DNA of 64,000 bases, from NCBI GenBank assembly GCA_005878835.1, contig VBMV01000058.1, positions 9,148 through 73,147 of the forward strand, given 5' to 3'. This stretch comes from Gammaproteobacteria bacterium. Its GTDB lineage: Bacteria > Pseudomonadota > Gammaproteobacteria > Steroidobacterales > Steroidobacteraceae. Every line of letters starts with the position of its first letter. Position 1 is the first letter of the stretch. Of the stretch, positions 9,730-19,062 are shown piece after piece. Both the position numbers and the translations under genes were made by a program. Under the pieces are notes generated by a model. The model had not been told where the DNA came from. It saw nothing but the letters and a program-made list of their open reading frames with translations, and did not search any database.

Positions 9730-10989
9730 ATGAGCTTGCGCACAGCCGGCCGTGGCGCCTTCGCGTTCATTTTCGTCGCCGTGCTGGTCGACTCGATCGG
9801 CTTTGGCATCATCCTGCCGGTCCTGCCGCGGCTCATCATGCAGCTCACCGGAGTGAGCGTGGACCGGGCCGCCGTTTACGGCGGCTGGCTGTCGTTCGTG
9901 TACGCGCTGCTGCAGTTCTTCTGCGCCCCGGTGCTCGGCAACCTGAGCGATCGCTTCGGGCGCCGGCCGGTGCTGCTGTTCGCGCTGCTCGCGCTCGGTT
10001 GCGACTACCTGGTCATGGGATTTGCGCCCGTGATCGCCTGGCTGTTCGTCGGCCGCATGGTGGCGGGCGTGGCGGGGGCATCCTTCACGCCGGCGTACGC
10101 CTACGTCGCGGACATCACCGCGCCGGCGCGGCGCGCGCAGAATTTCGGTCTCATGGGGGCGGCGTTCGGTGTCGGCTTCATCGTCGGTCCGGCCATCGGC
10201 GGCCTGCTGGGGGCCTTCGGACCGCGGGCGCCGTTCTTCACAGCCGGCGCCATCGCGCTCGCCAACACCGCGTTCGGCTACTTCGCGCTGCCGGAGTCGC
10301 TGCCGCGGGAGTCGCGCCGCCCGTTTCACTGGGCGCGCGCCAATCCGCTCGGCACGCTGCTGCAGATGCTCGAGTTCCCGCCGGTGAGCTGGCTGCTCGG
10401 TGCGCTGCTGCTGTGGCAACTCGCTCACCAGGTCCTGCCCAGCACCTGGGCGTTCTACACCATATCCAAGTTTCACTGGTCCAGCGCCGAGGTCGGTTAT
10501 TCGCTCGCCTTCGTCGGCCTCGTCATGGCCGTTGCCCAGGGCGTGCTCACGCGGGTGCTCATCCCGTGGATCGGTGGCGAGCGGCGCGCCGCCGCCGCCG
10601 GCATGGCCGCCGCCCTCATCGCCTACATCGGCTACGCCTTCGCGACCGAAGGCTGGATGATGTACTTCGTGTCGCTCACCACCTTCTTGTTCGCGCTCAC
10701 CTATCCATCGATGAACGCGCTCGCCTCGCAGCAGATCCCCGCCAACGCCCAGGGCGAGCTGCAGGGCGCGGTCGCCGGCCTCTACAGTCTGAGCTCGATC
10801 ATCGGGCCGCCGCTCATGACCCAGGTGTTCGGCCATTTCTCCGCCCGCTCGGCCGGGGTGTATTTCCCGGGCGCGGCGTTTCTCACCGCGGCACTGCTCA
10901 CGGTGGGCAGCGCGCTCCTGTTTGCGCGGGCGATGCGCTTTGCGCCGCAGCGCGCGCCGGCCCCCTCATCCAACACACCGGGGGTCTGA
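9730..10989 (+). CDS. MFS efflux transporter, TetA-like 12-TMS type
   Basis: MFS motif A region GNLSDRFGRRPVLL, N-terminal LVDSIGFGIILPVLP, and a TetA/TCR-like layout. Confidence 0.85.
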   Translation: MSLRTAGRGAFAFIFVAVLVDSIGFGIILPVLPRLIMQLTGVSVDRAAVYGGWLSFVYALLQFFCAPVLGNLSDRFGRRPVLLFALLALGCDYLVMGFAPVIAWLFVGRMVAGVAGASFTPAYAYVADITAPARRAQNFGLMGAAFGVGFIVGPAIGGLLGAFGPRAPFFTAGAIALANTAFGYFALPESLPRESRRPFHWARANPLGTLLQMLEFPPVSWLLGALLLWQLAHQVLPSTWAFYTISKFHWSSAEVGYSLAFVGLVMAVAQGVLTRVLIPWIGGERRAAAAGMAAALIAYIGYAFATEGWMMYFVSLTTFLFALTYPSMNALASQQIPANAQGELQGAVAGLYSLSSIIGPPLMTQVFGHFSARSAGVYFPGAAFLTAALLTVGSALLFARAMRFAPQRAPAPSSNTPGV

Positions 10990-11030
10990 CATGGCGGCGC
11001 CGGGTCTCGCGCCGTTCGGGCCGGACCTGT

Positions 11031-11510
11031 TCAGCGCCGCCGCGCCGCCTCCACCCGCTCGATGAGCTCGCTGGCGAGCCTGTTCCTGACGAAGGGAGCA
11101 AACAACGACTGCCGCGGCGAGAAACTGACCTCCCTGCCGAAGCGCCCCGGCTGGCGCAGGGTGAGCGTGATCCGCGGCGGGTTGACGAACTGCGTATAGC
11201 CGACGTTGATGATATCGGTGAGCGCGATCCGCTCCTCCTCGGACCCGAAGCGCACGCGCAGCGCAGCGCCTTCGTCGAGCACTTCATCCGCAAGATCGAG
11301 CACCAGCTTGCGCATGACGGCGTAGCCGATCACGAACAGCAGCAGCGGCACGATGAACACCGGCGGCGGCACCGCCTTGCCCGCACGTGCGGCCGCCAGG
11401 CCCGCCGCCAGCGACAGCACCACGATTCCGAACCACAACACCGGGAAGACACGCTTCAGAAAAAACGTGTTGCGCGAGGAAATACGCCTGGCGGTCGGTG
11501 CCGGTCGCAT
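11031..11510 (-). CDS. Hypothetical 2-TM membrane protein with a soluble C-terminal domain (possibly bacterial PH-like)
   Basis: ATG at 11510 lies 1 nt after the acrB-like TAG stop (11512-11514). There are two hydrophobic helices (VFPVLWFGIVVLSLAAGLAAA, VFIVPLLLFVIGYAVM), then about 95 soluble residues. I recognise no family with confidence. Confidence 0.55.
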   Translation of the reverse strand: MRPAPTARRISSRNTFFLKRVFPVLWFGIVVLSLAAGLAAARAGKAVPPPVFIVPLLLFVIGYAVMRKLVLDLADEVLDEGAALRVRFGSEEERIALTDIINVGYTQFVNPPRITLTLRQPGRFGREVSFSPRQSLFAPFVRNRLASELIERVEAARRR

Positions 11511-11511
11511 G

Positions 11512-14500
11512 CTAGTCCTCGCGCCGCTGCGCCGGTCCGAGCGCGGCACCGCCGGGCGCAGGGCCCTGGCTCGCATGCCCGGGCGCATCGAGCGGGTCCC
11601 CCATGAGCCGGCGCACGGCCACGTAACACACCGGAATCAGCAGCACGCCGAGCAGCGCCGCACTCAACATTCCGCCGACCACGCCGGTGCCGATGGCGTG
11701 GCGCGCGTTGGCGCCGGCACCGCTCGAGATCATCATGGGGAATACGCCGAGGATGAAGGCGAACGAGGTCATCAGAATCGGTCGCAAGCGCAGGCGCGCG
11801 GCTTCCAGCACCGCCTGGTGCAGGCTCCTGCCGTGCTTCTGCGCGGTGACCGCAAACTCGACGATCAGGATGGCGTTCTTGGCCGACAGGCCGATGATGG
11901 TGATGAGCCCCACCTTGAAGAACACGTCGTTCGGCAGCCCGCGCAGCAGCGCGGCGACGGTGCTGCCGATGAGTCCCACCGGCACGGCCATCAGCACCGC
12001 TACCGGGACGCTCCAGCTCTCGTACAGCGCGGCCAGGCACAGGTATACGACCAGGATGGACAGTGCGAACAGCAGCGGCGCCTGTGCACCCGAGATCAGC
12101 TCCTGCAGCGACTGTCCCGCCCAGTCGTTGCCGAAACCGCGCGGCAGGTGCCGGGTGACGATCGCCTGCATCGCCTGCATGGCTTCTCCTGAGCTGCGTC
12201 CCGGGGCATTGGCGCCGGTGATTTCCACCGCCGGATAGCCGTTGTAGCGCGTGAGGGAGGGGGCGCCCACGACCCAGTCGGCGCGCACGACGCTCGCCAG
12301 CGGGATCATGCTGCCGTTGGCGCCCGAGGCGTAGAAGTGTTCGAGCGCCTCGGGCGTCATGCGCCACGGGGCATCCGCCTGCAGCAGCACCCGCAGTACT
12401 CGCCCCTGGTAGATGAAGTCATTGGCGTACACCGGCGCCAGCATCAGCTGCAGGGCGGTGTAGACATCGCTGGCGGACAGGCCCATCGACTGCGCCTGCA
12501 CGCGATCGATGGTGAGTCGCAGCTGTGGCGAGGGCGGCAGGAGATTGGCGCGCACCCCGGTGAGCGTCGCATCGCGGCCGGCCGCCTCGAGGACCGTGGT
12601 CTGCGCGGCCGCGAGCGCCTCGCGTCCCAGCCCGCCACGATCCTCGAGGTAGAAGTCGAAACCGCCGAACACGCCCAGGCCGCGCACCGTCGGCAGGTTG
12701 ATGACGTAGGCCTTGGCGTCGTGGATTTCGTGGGCGAAGGTCTCATTCGCCCAGCGGATGAAATCCGCGGCGGTGTCGGGGCGCTCATCCCAGGGCTTGA
12801 GGTGCACGAACGCCCGGCCGGCATTCTCGCCCGTGCCGGTGAAACTCGAGCCGACGATGAGGAACGCATTCGCCACATCCGGGCTGCCCATGAGGATGGT
12901 GTTGATGTGTTGCAGCACCTCACGGGTGCGCGGGAGCGATGCGCCCTCCGGCAGCTGCACATCCACCAGCGCGTAGCCCTGGTCTTCGTCCGGCACGAAG
13001 CTGCCCGGGAGCCTCGCGAACAGCAGCACCCCCACCGCCAGCATGACCGCGAATCCCGCCATCCAGCGCGGCGCGTGGCCGACCGACACGAACACGCGGT
13101 GCACGTAGGAGCGCCGTGTGCCCTCGTAGGCGCGGTTGAACCAGTTGAAAATGACGTTGCCGCGCAGATGCTCGGGACGCAGGAGCGAGGCGCACAGGGC
13201 CGGCGTGAAGGACAGCGCCAGCAGCGCCGAGAACCCCATGGAGAGTGCGATGGTGAGCGCGAACTGCCGGTAGATGACCCCGGTGCTGCCGCTCTGCAGG
13301 GCGCTCGGTATGAACACCGCGGCCAGCACCGAGGTGATGGCGACGATCGCGCCGGTGATCTGGTGCATGGCCTTGCGCGTGGCTTCCTTGGGCGCCAAAT
13401 GGTCCTCGCGCATGATGCGCTCGACCGCCTCGACTACCACGATCGCGTCATCCACCACGATGCCGATCGCCAGCACCATCGCGAACAATGTCAGCTGGTT
13501 GATGGAGAAGCCGACCGCGTACATCCCCACCAGCGTGCCGAGCAGCGCCGAGGGCACGACCAGGGTCGGGATGAGCGTGGCACGAAAGCTCTGCAGGAAC
13601 ACCAGCATCACCAGGAACACCAGTGCCACCGCTTCAGCGAGGGTGATGATCACCTCGCGGATGGCCACCCTGATGAAGGTGGTCGAGTCGAACGCCCAGA
13701 ACCAGCTGACGCCGGCGGGAAAACTGGGCTGTATGTCGTTCATCTTCGCCACCACCGCCCTGGAAACCTCCAGCGCGTTGGCGTTGGGGGCGAGCTGGAT
13801 GCCGAAGGCCGCGACCGGTGTGGTGCCGACGTTGGTCTCGAAACCGTATTGCGCCGCGCCCAGCGCGACGCGCGCCACATCCTTGAGGCGCACCGAGGCG
13901 CCGGTGGGAGCGGTGCGCAGCAGGATGTTCTCGAACTGCTCCGCGGAGCGAAAGCGCCCCTCCGCCGTGACGGTCGCGGTGATGGCCTGGTTCGCCACGG
14001 CCGGCTGTGCGCCGATGGCGCCGGAGGCGAACTGCGCGTTCTGCCGCTGTACCGCCGCGAGCACGCTGGCTGCCGACAGGCTGTAGGTGCGCAGCTTGTC
14101 GGCATCCAGCCAGATGCGCATCGCGTACTCGGAGCCGAACTGCACCACCGCGCCCACCCCCGGGATGCGCTGCACCTGATCGAGCACCCGCGAGGCCACG
14201 ATGTTGTTGAGCTCCGCGGCACTGGGGCCACCGGGGGCGGCGCGCAGTCCGATGCCGCCCAGGAAACCCGCGCTGACTTTGGCAATACGGATGCCCTGTT
14301 GGTTGACTTCCGTGGGCAGGCGCGGCTGGGCGAGCGTCACGCGGTTCTGGGTCTGCACCGCGGCAATGTCCGGGTTGGTGCCGTTCTGGAAGGTGAGCGT
14401 GATGCTCGCCGAGCCGTCGGAGGCCGACTGCGAGGTGAAGTACAAGAGGTTGTCGAGGCCGGTGAGCTGCTGCTCGATGACCTGGGTGACGGTGGTCTCC

Positions 14501-14670
14501 ACCGTGGCGGCACTCGCGCCGGGATAAGTCGTAGTCACCGCGACTTGTGGCGGGGCAATCTGCGGGTAGGCCTCCGAGGGCAGCCGCGTGAGCGCCAGCA
14601 GTCCCCCGAGCGTGATGAGGATGGCGAGCACCCAGGCAAACACCGGGCGATCGATGAAAAATTGTGGCAT
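11512..14670 (-). CDS. RND multidrug efflux permease (AcrB/MexB family)
   Basis: 1052 aa. The N-terminus is MPQFFIDRPVFAWVLAILITLGG, with the typical 12-TM layout and two large periplasmic loops. Confidence 0.95.
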   Translation of the reverse strand: MPQFFIDRPVFAWVLAILITLGGLLALTRLPSEAYPQIAPPQVAVTTTYPGASAATVETTVTQVIEQQLTGLDNLLYFTSQSASDGSASITLTFQNGTNPDIAAVQTQNRVTLAQPRLPTEVNQQGIRIAKVSAGFLGGIGLRAAPGGPSAAELNNIVASRVLDQVQRIPGVGAVVQFGSEYAMRIWLDADKLRTYSLSAASVLAAVQRQNAQFASGAIGAQPAVANQAITATVTAEGRFRSAEQFENILLRTAPTGASVRLKDVARVALGAAQYGFETNVGTTPVAAFGIQLAPNANALEVSRAVVAKMNDIQPSFPAGVSWFWAFDSTTFIRVAIREVIITLAEAVALVFLVMLVFLQSFRATLIPTLVVPSALLGTLVGMYAVGFSINQLTLFAMVLAIGIVVDDAIVVVEAVERIMREDHLAPKEATRKAMHQITGAIVAITSVLAAVFIPSALQSGSTGVIYRQFALTIALSMGFSALLALSFTPALCASLLRPEHLRGNVIFNWFNRAYEGTRRSYVHRVFVSVGHAPRWMAGFAVMLAVGVLLFARLPGSFVPDEDQGYALVDVQLPEGASLPRTREVLQHINTILMGSPDVANAFLIVGSSFTGTGENAGRAFVHLKPWDERPDTAADFIRWANETFAHEIHDAKAYVINLPTVRGLGVFGGFDFYLEDRGGLGREALAAAQTTVLEAAGRDATLTGVRANLLPPSPQLRLTIDRVQAQSMGLSASDVYTALQLMLAPVYANDFIYQGRVLRVLLQADAPWRMTPEALEHFYASGANGSMIPLASVVRADWVVGAPSLTRYNGYPAVEITGANAPGRSSGEAMQAMQAIVTRHLPRGFGNDWAGQSLQELISGAQAPLLFALSILVVYLCLAALYESWSVPVAVLMAVPVGLIGSTVAALLRGLPNDVFFKVGLITIIGLSAKNAILIVEFAVTAQKHGRSLHQAVLEAARLRLRPILMTSFAFILGVFPMMISSGAGANARHAIGTGVVGGMLSAALLGVLLIPVCYVAVRRLMGDPLDAPGHASQGPAPGGAALGPAQRRED

Positions 14671-14676
14671 GGACCC

Positions 14677-15885
14677 TTACCGTCCCGGGGCGGCCGGCGC
14701 CGCGGCGCTCGCGGCCTGGGCGCTTCCTCCCTGCGCCGCATAGGGCACCGCGGCCACGATGGCGCCGGGTCGCGCATTCTGCGTGCCGGAGACGACAATC
14801 CGGTCACCGTCGCTGAGGCCCTCGGTGACGATCCACTCGGGTCCCGTGAGCGCCTCCACCACCACACGCTTCTGGATGACCCTGTCATCGGGGCCGACGG
14901 TGAGCACGTACGGCCCGGTGGCGTCGCGCTGCAGGCCGGCCTGCGGTACGAGGAACCCGTGGTTCACCGCACCGGAGCTCAGGCGCACGCCAACGAACAT
15001 GCCCGGCAGCAGCTGATGCTCGGGATTGGGCAGGATGCCGCGCAGCGCCACCGCTGCGGTGGCCGGGTCGACGCTGACGTCAAGGAAATCGAGCGTGCCC
15101 GCGTGCGCGTATGGCGTGCCGTCCGCGAGCGTGAGCTGCACGCTCACCGCACCGCGCGCCACGCTCACGCTGCCGGCGCTTTGTGCGCGGCGCAGCCGCT
15201 CGATATCCACCGCGGGTTGCTCGAAGTTGACGTAGATCGGATCGATCTGTTCCACCGTCGTGAGGAGCGTGGGCGTGCCTTCCCCGACCAGGGCTCCCTC
15301 GGTGACGCCCTGCTGGCCGGCGCGGCCGGCGATCGGCGCGGTGACGGTGGCGTAACTCAGGTTTATGCGCGCGCTGGCGACGCCGGCCTTGGCCTGCTGC
15401 ACGCTGGCTGCGGTGGAGCGCTCGGCGGCCTGCGCGTTGTCCAGATCCGAGCGCGACACCAGGCCGCTCGCGATGAGCTCGCGCGCACGCTCGGCGGCGA
15501 TGTGAGCGTTGGTGGCGTTCGCCTGCGCCTGTGCGAGCGCAGCCTCGGCGCCATCGAGCGCCGCACGCAGCGGCGCCGGGTCGATCTGGAACAGCCCCTG
15601 TCCGGCCCGCACGTCCGAGCCCTCCTTGTAGAGGCGCTTGAGCAGCACGCCGGCGACCCGCGCGCGCACGTCCGCGGTGCGCGTGGCGGACAGGCGTCCC
15701 ACGAGCTCGCGCGTGAGCGGCACGGATTGCGAGTGCGCCACCACCACCCCGACCTGCGCCGGCTGCGGGGCGCTCGGGGGCGCGTGCGATCCGCACCCGC
15801 CCAGCAGCGCGCCGAGGGTGGCGGCGGCCAGCGCGCGCCGCAGCCTCGTGCCTGCTAACGACCTCAGGTACCCGGCCCTGGCCAC
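14677..15885 (-). CDS. RND periplasmic adaptor lipoprotein (AcrA/MexA family)
   Basis: Lipobox LLGGCGS, then MFP motifs (VRARVAGVLLKRLYKEGSDVRAGQGLFQID). I prefer GTG at 15885, which places a signal peptide at the N-terminus. The ATG at 15975 would add about 30 non-signal residues. Confidence 0.88.
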   Translation of the reverse strand: MARAGYLRSLAGTRLRRALAAATLGALLGGCGSHAPPSAPQPAQVGVVVAHSQSVPLTRELVGRLSATRTADVRARVAGVLLKRLYKEGSDVRAGQGLFQIDPAPLRAALDGAEAALAQAQANATNAHIAAERARELIASGLVSRSDLDNAQAAERSTAASVQQAKAGVASARINLSYATVTAPIAGRAGQQGVTEGALVGEGTPTLLTTVEQIDPIYVNFEQPAVDIERLRRAQSAGSVSVARGAVSVQLTLADGTPYAHAGTLDFLDVSVDPATAAVALRGILPNPEHQLLPGMFVGVRLSSGAVNHGFLVPQAGLQRDATGPYVLTVGPDDRVIQKRVVVEALTGPEWIVTEGLSDGDRIVVSGTQNARPGAIVAAVPYAAQGGSAQAASAAAPAAPGR

Positions 15886-15996
15886 GCGCGCTCCTGCAGT
15901 CGACAAATACCTGCCGAGGCAGTCTACCTCGGACGGATGATCGATAACGGACGAGCCAGGGGGGACAATGAGCACTCACCTACGAGGCGCGCGCTC

Positions 15997-17427
15997 ATGA
16001 GCACCCGCAACATCGTTCTCGCGGCAACCCTGGCGGCATCGCTCACCGGCTGTGTCGAGCGCGGTGACTGGAAGCCCGCGCCCCGACTCGAGCCGAGCTC
16101 GCTCGCCGCGCAGCAGACCCTCGCCGGGGCGAGGCTCGACGCCGCCGCCTGGCCGGCCGATCAGTGGTGGCGCGGTTACGGCGATGCGCAGCTCGATGCG
16201 CTCATCGCCGAGGCGCTCGCGGGCAGTCCCTCGCTGGAGATCGCCGCGGCGCGGCTGCGTTCCGCCCAGGCGCAGGCCATTGCGGCGGGCGCCGAACGAG
16301 TGCCGGCGGCCGCGCTCGACGCCGAGACCACCCGCCAGCGATACCCGGAGCATGGGCTGTTCCCGCCGCCCTTCGCCGGCAGCTACTCGACCGACGCTCG
16401 CGTGGCGCTCGACTTCAGTTTCGACCTCGACTTCTGGGGTCGCAACCGCGCCCTGCTGGCCGCGGCACGCTCGGGCGTGCAGGCGGCGGATGCCGACCGC
16501 GCGGCGGCACGCCTGGCGCTCGCGGTCGGCGTGGCGCGCGCTTACATCCAGCTCGACCTGTGGTACGCGTTGCTGGATGTCGCCAACGACAACCTCAAAC
16601 AGCAGACCGCGATTCTCGAGCTGACGCAGCAGCGCGTCAGCGCGGGGCTGGAAAACACCGCGCGCGTGAGACAGTCGGAAGGCAGTCTCGCGCTGACGCG
16701 CGCCGGCGTGGCGGCGGTGCAGGCGAGCATCGAGCTCGCCCGCAATCAGCTCGCGGATCTGGTCGCGGCGGGCCCGGATCGCGGCCAGCGCCTGCGGCGC
16801 CCGCAGCTCGCGGCGCCGGCCGATCTGGCGCTGCCCGCGGCGCTGCCCGCGGATCTGCTCGCGCGCCGCCCGGACTTGGCCGCGGCGCGTGCGCAGGTGC
16901 AGGCCGCGGCCCACGGCGTCGCGGCGGCGGAGGCGGACTTCTACCCGAACGTGAACCTGACGGCGTTTGCCGGCCTGCAGAGCATCGGCTTGTCGCAGCT
17001 GTTGCAGGCGTCCGACCGCATCGTGGGCGCGGGGCCTGCGCTGCACCTGCCGGTGTTCAACCGCGGCGCTGTGCGCGGCGCACTGCAGAGTGAGCAGGCG
17101 CAGCTCGATGCGTCGATCGGCCAGTACAATCAGACGCTGCTGGATGCGGTGCGCGAGGTCGCCGACGTGATCGCGAACTGGCGCTCGCTCGAGCGCGAGA
17201 GCCACGAGCAGCAGATCGCGCTCGAGGCCGCGCAGCGCTCCTACGACCTCACCACCGAGCGCTATCGCGCCGGGCTGGACAATTACCTGAGCGTGCTGTC
17301 GAGCCAGAACCAGGTGTTGCAGGCACAGGGTCTGCGTGCGCAGTTGCGCTCGCGCCGCCTGTCCTTCAGCGTCGACCTGGTGCGCGCGCTCGGCGGCGGC
17401 TACTCCGCGCGCTCATCACCCACCTGA
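15997..17427 (+). CDS. Outer membrane efflux lipoprotein (NodT/OprM family OMF)
   Basis: Signal peptide plus lipobox (MSTRNIVLAATLAASLTGC), and two OEP repeats with the usual coiled-coil Ala/Leu/Gln-rich sequence. It is divergent from the acrA-like gene. Confidence 0.9.
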   Translation: MSTRNIVLAATLAASLTGCVERGDWKPAPRLEPSSLAAQQTLAGARLDAAAWPADQWWRGYGDAQLDALIAEALAGSPSLEIAAARLRSAQAQAIAAGAERVPAAALDAETTRQRYPEHGLFPPPFAGSYSTDARVALDFSFDLDFWGRNRALLAAARSGVQAADADRAAARLALAVGVARAYIQLDLWYALLDVANDNLKQQTAILELTQQRVSAGLENTARVRQSEGSLALTRAGVAAVQASIELARNQLADLVAAGPDRGQRLRRPQLAAPADLALPAALPADLLARRPDLAAARAQVQAAAHGVAAAEADFYPNVNLTAFAGLQSIGLSQLLQASDRIVGAGPALHLPVFNRGAVRGALQSEQAQLDASIGQYNQTLLDAVREVADVIANWRSLERESHEQQIALEAAQRSYDLTTERYRAGLDNYLSVLSSQNQVLQAQGLRAQLRSRRLSFSVDLVRALGGGYSARSSPT

Positions 17428-17452
17428 ACCGCCCGCGCCCGCCGCCTTCGTG

Positions 17453-18766
17453 ATGGATAGCCCCGCCACCGCCGCTCCCTCGCCCGTGGCGCGCCTCATG
17501 CGCCAGCGCCGCCGGACGTGGCTCGCCGCCCTCACGGTGGCAGTGCTCGTCGTGGCGTTGCTCGCCGGCGCCTGGTGGTGGCTGTACGCGAGCCGCTACC
17601 AGGATACCGACGACGCCTACGTCGCCGGCGACCTGGTCACCGTCATGCCGCAGGTGAGCGGCACCGTGGTCGCCATCGACGCCGATGAGACCGACCTGGT
17701 GCACACCGGGCAGGAGCTGGTGAGGCTCGACGCCACCGATGCGCGCATTGCGCTCGAGGATGCCGAGCAGCAGCTGGCGCGCACGGTGCGCCAGACCCGC
17801 ACCGTGTTCGACAACCGCGACCAGCTGGCCGCAATCGTCGGGCAGCGCCGCGCGGAGCTCGACAAGGCGCTGGCGGATTACGACCGTCGCAAGGACCTCG
17901 CCGCCACCGGGGCGGTGTCCTCCGAGGAGCTGGGGCACGCGCGCGATGCGCTCACCGCGGCGCGCGATGCGCTGCGGGCGGCGCAGAACGGTCTCGCCGC
18001 CAGCGCCGCCCTCGTCGGCGACACCGGGGTCGCCGACAACCCCGACGTGCAGGCGGCCGCTACCGTGGTGGAGCGGGCGTGGCTGGCGCTGCAGCGCACC
18101 AGCGTACGCGCGCCGGTGACCGGCTACGTCGCCAGGCGCAGCGTGCAGCTCGGTGAGCGCATCGCCCCGGGCGGGCCGCTCATGGCCATCGTGCCGCTCG
18201 AGCGGCTGCGGGTGGACGCCAACTTCAGGGAAGTGCAGCTCAAGCACATGCGCATCGGACAGCCGGTGACGCTGATCGCCGACCTGTACGGCGCTCGGGT
18301 CGAGTACCGCGGCACGGTCGCGGGGCTCGGCCTGGGCACCGGCGCCGCATTCGCGCTGCTGCCTGCGCAGAATGCGACCGGTAACTGGATCAAGGTCGTG
18401 CAGCGAGTCCCCGTGCGTATCGCCCTCGATCCACGGCAGCTCGCGTCACACCCGCTGCGCATCGGCTTGTCGATGCATGCGACCGTCGATGTGCGGGATG
18501 ATTCCGGTGAGCAGCTCGCCCATGCGCCGCGGCTGGAGCCGGTGCTGACGACGCGCGCATATGACCTGGACCGGCGGGAAATCGCGGCTCGCATCGGGCA
18601 GATCGTGAGCGAGAACGAGCGCGCACCGCAGGCGAGCCGCGCAGTCGCGCAGCGCGAGCGTTCCGACGCTCTGCGCCGTCAGCCTGTGCGGCGCCAGCCC
18701 CTGCAGCCGCCCGCGCAGCCCTCGGGCCCGTCGGCCGCATTGCGCCCACGCCGCCCTTCGACATGA
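17453..18766 (+). CDS. EmrA-like HlyD-family adaptor (MFS/FusC-type tripartite systems)
   Basis: The product aligns by eye with E. coli EmrA (QDTDDAYVAGD, ANFREVQLKHMRIGQPV, LLPAQNATGNWIKVVQRVPVRI). It carries about 45 extra Arg/Pro/Gln-rich residues at the C-terminus. Confidence 0.88.
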   Translation: MDSPATAAPSPVARLMRQRRRTWLAALTVAVLVVALLAGAWWWLYASRYQDTDDAYVAGDLVTVMPQVSGTVVAIDADETDLVHTGQELVRLDATDARIALEDAEQQLARTVRQTRTVFDNRDQLAAIVGQRRAELDKALADYDRRKDLAATGAVSSEELGHARDALTAARDALRAAQNGLAASAALVGDTGVADNPDVQAAATVVERAWLALQRTSVRAPVTGYVARRSVQLGERIAPGGPLMAIVPLERLRVDANFREVQLKHMRIGQPVTLIADLYGARVEYRGTVAGLGLGTGAAFALLPAQNATGNWIKVVQRVPVRIALDPRQLASHPLRIGLSMHATVDVRDDSGEQLAHAPRLEPVLTTRAYDLDRREIAARIGQIVSENERAPQASRAVAQRERSDALRRQPVRRQPLQPPAQPSGPSAALRPRRPST

Positions 18767-19062
18767 CATAACTGCACGCCCGCAAATCCGCTGCTGACCC
18801 CGCACCGTTGCAACTGCGTCTGGGCTTGACGACGCCCGCACAGCGACAACACAGTGTCCGCCAAATCAACAGCTTGAGGGCCGAGCGCTCGCGTCCCCGT
18901 GCTGCTCGAGCGTGCCTTTCGATCCTCGCACTGTCAGTGGCCCGCGACAGGCGCCGTTGCCGGCGGCAGGTACGCGCCGCCGCGCAGGCCTGCAATTTCA
19001 GCCGCTTGCATGCGCGCGGCGCGACCTGGGGGCACCGGCACGGATTTCGCATGCTCATTTGC

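Noticed and set aside
12337-15858. 1173-aa ORF on the plus strand opposite the acrB/acrA-like genes.
   Set aside because: Same reasoning: composition dominated by R/G/A/H/D, no domains, and it spans two clearly real genes on the other strand. Similar cases were rejected for the same reason: 6961-8523(-), 8397-9848(-), 23270-25834(+), 27175-28794(-), 31388-33043(-), 33465-34790(+), 36725-38545(+), 38552-40213(+), 41701-43728(+), 43586-45871(+), 48807-50348(-), 53178-55478(+).
18767-19062. Search for a leftover emrB (DHA2 MFS) fragment or a tRNA/sRNA gene in the ~300-nt gap after emrA. Other gaps over 100 nt (4480-4612, 25481-25611, 46262-46476, 55442-55567) were also checked for tRNA-like sequences.
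   Set aside because: No frame shows MFS-like hydrophobic sequence. No T-loop or anticodon-arm-like pattern is visible. Nothing can be supported from sequence alone.
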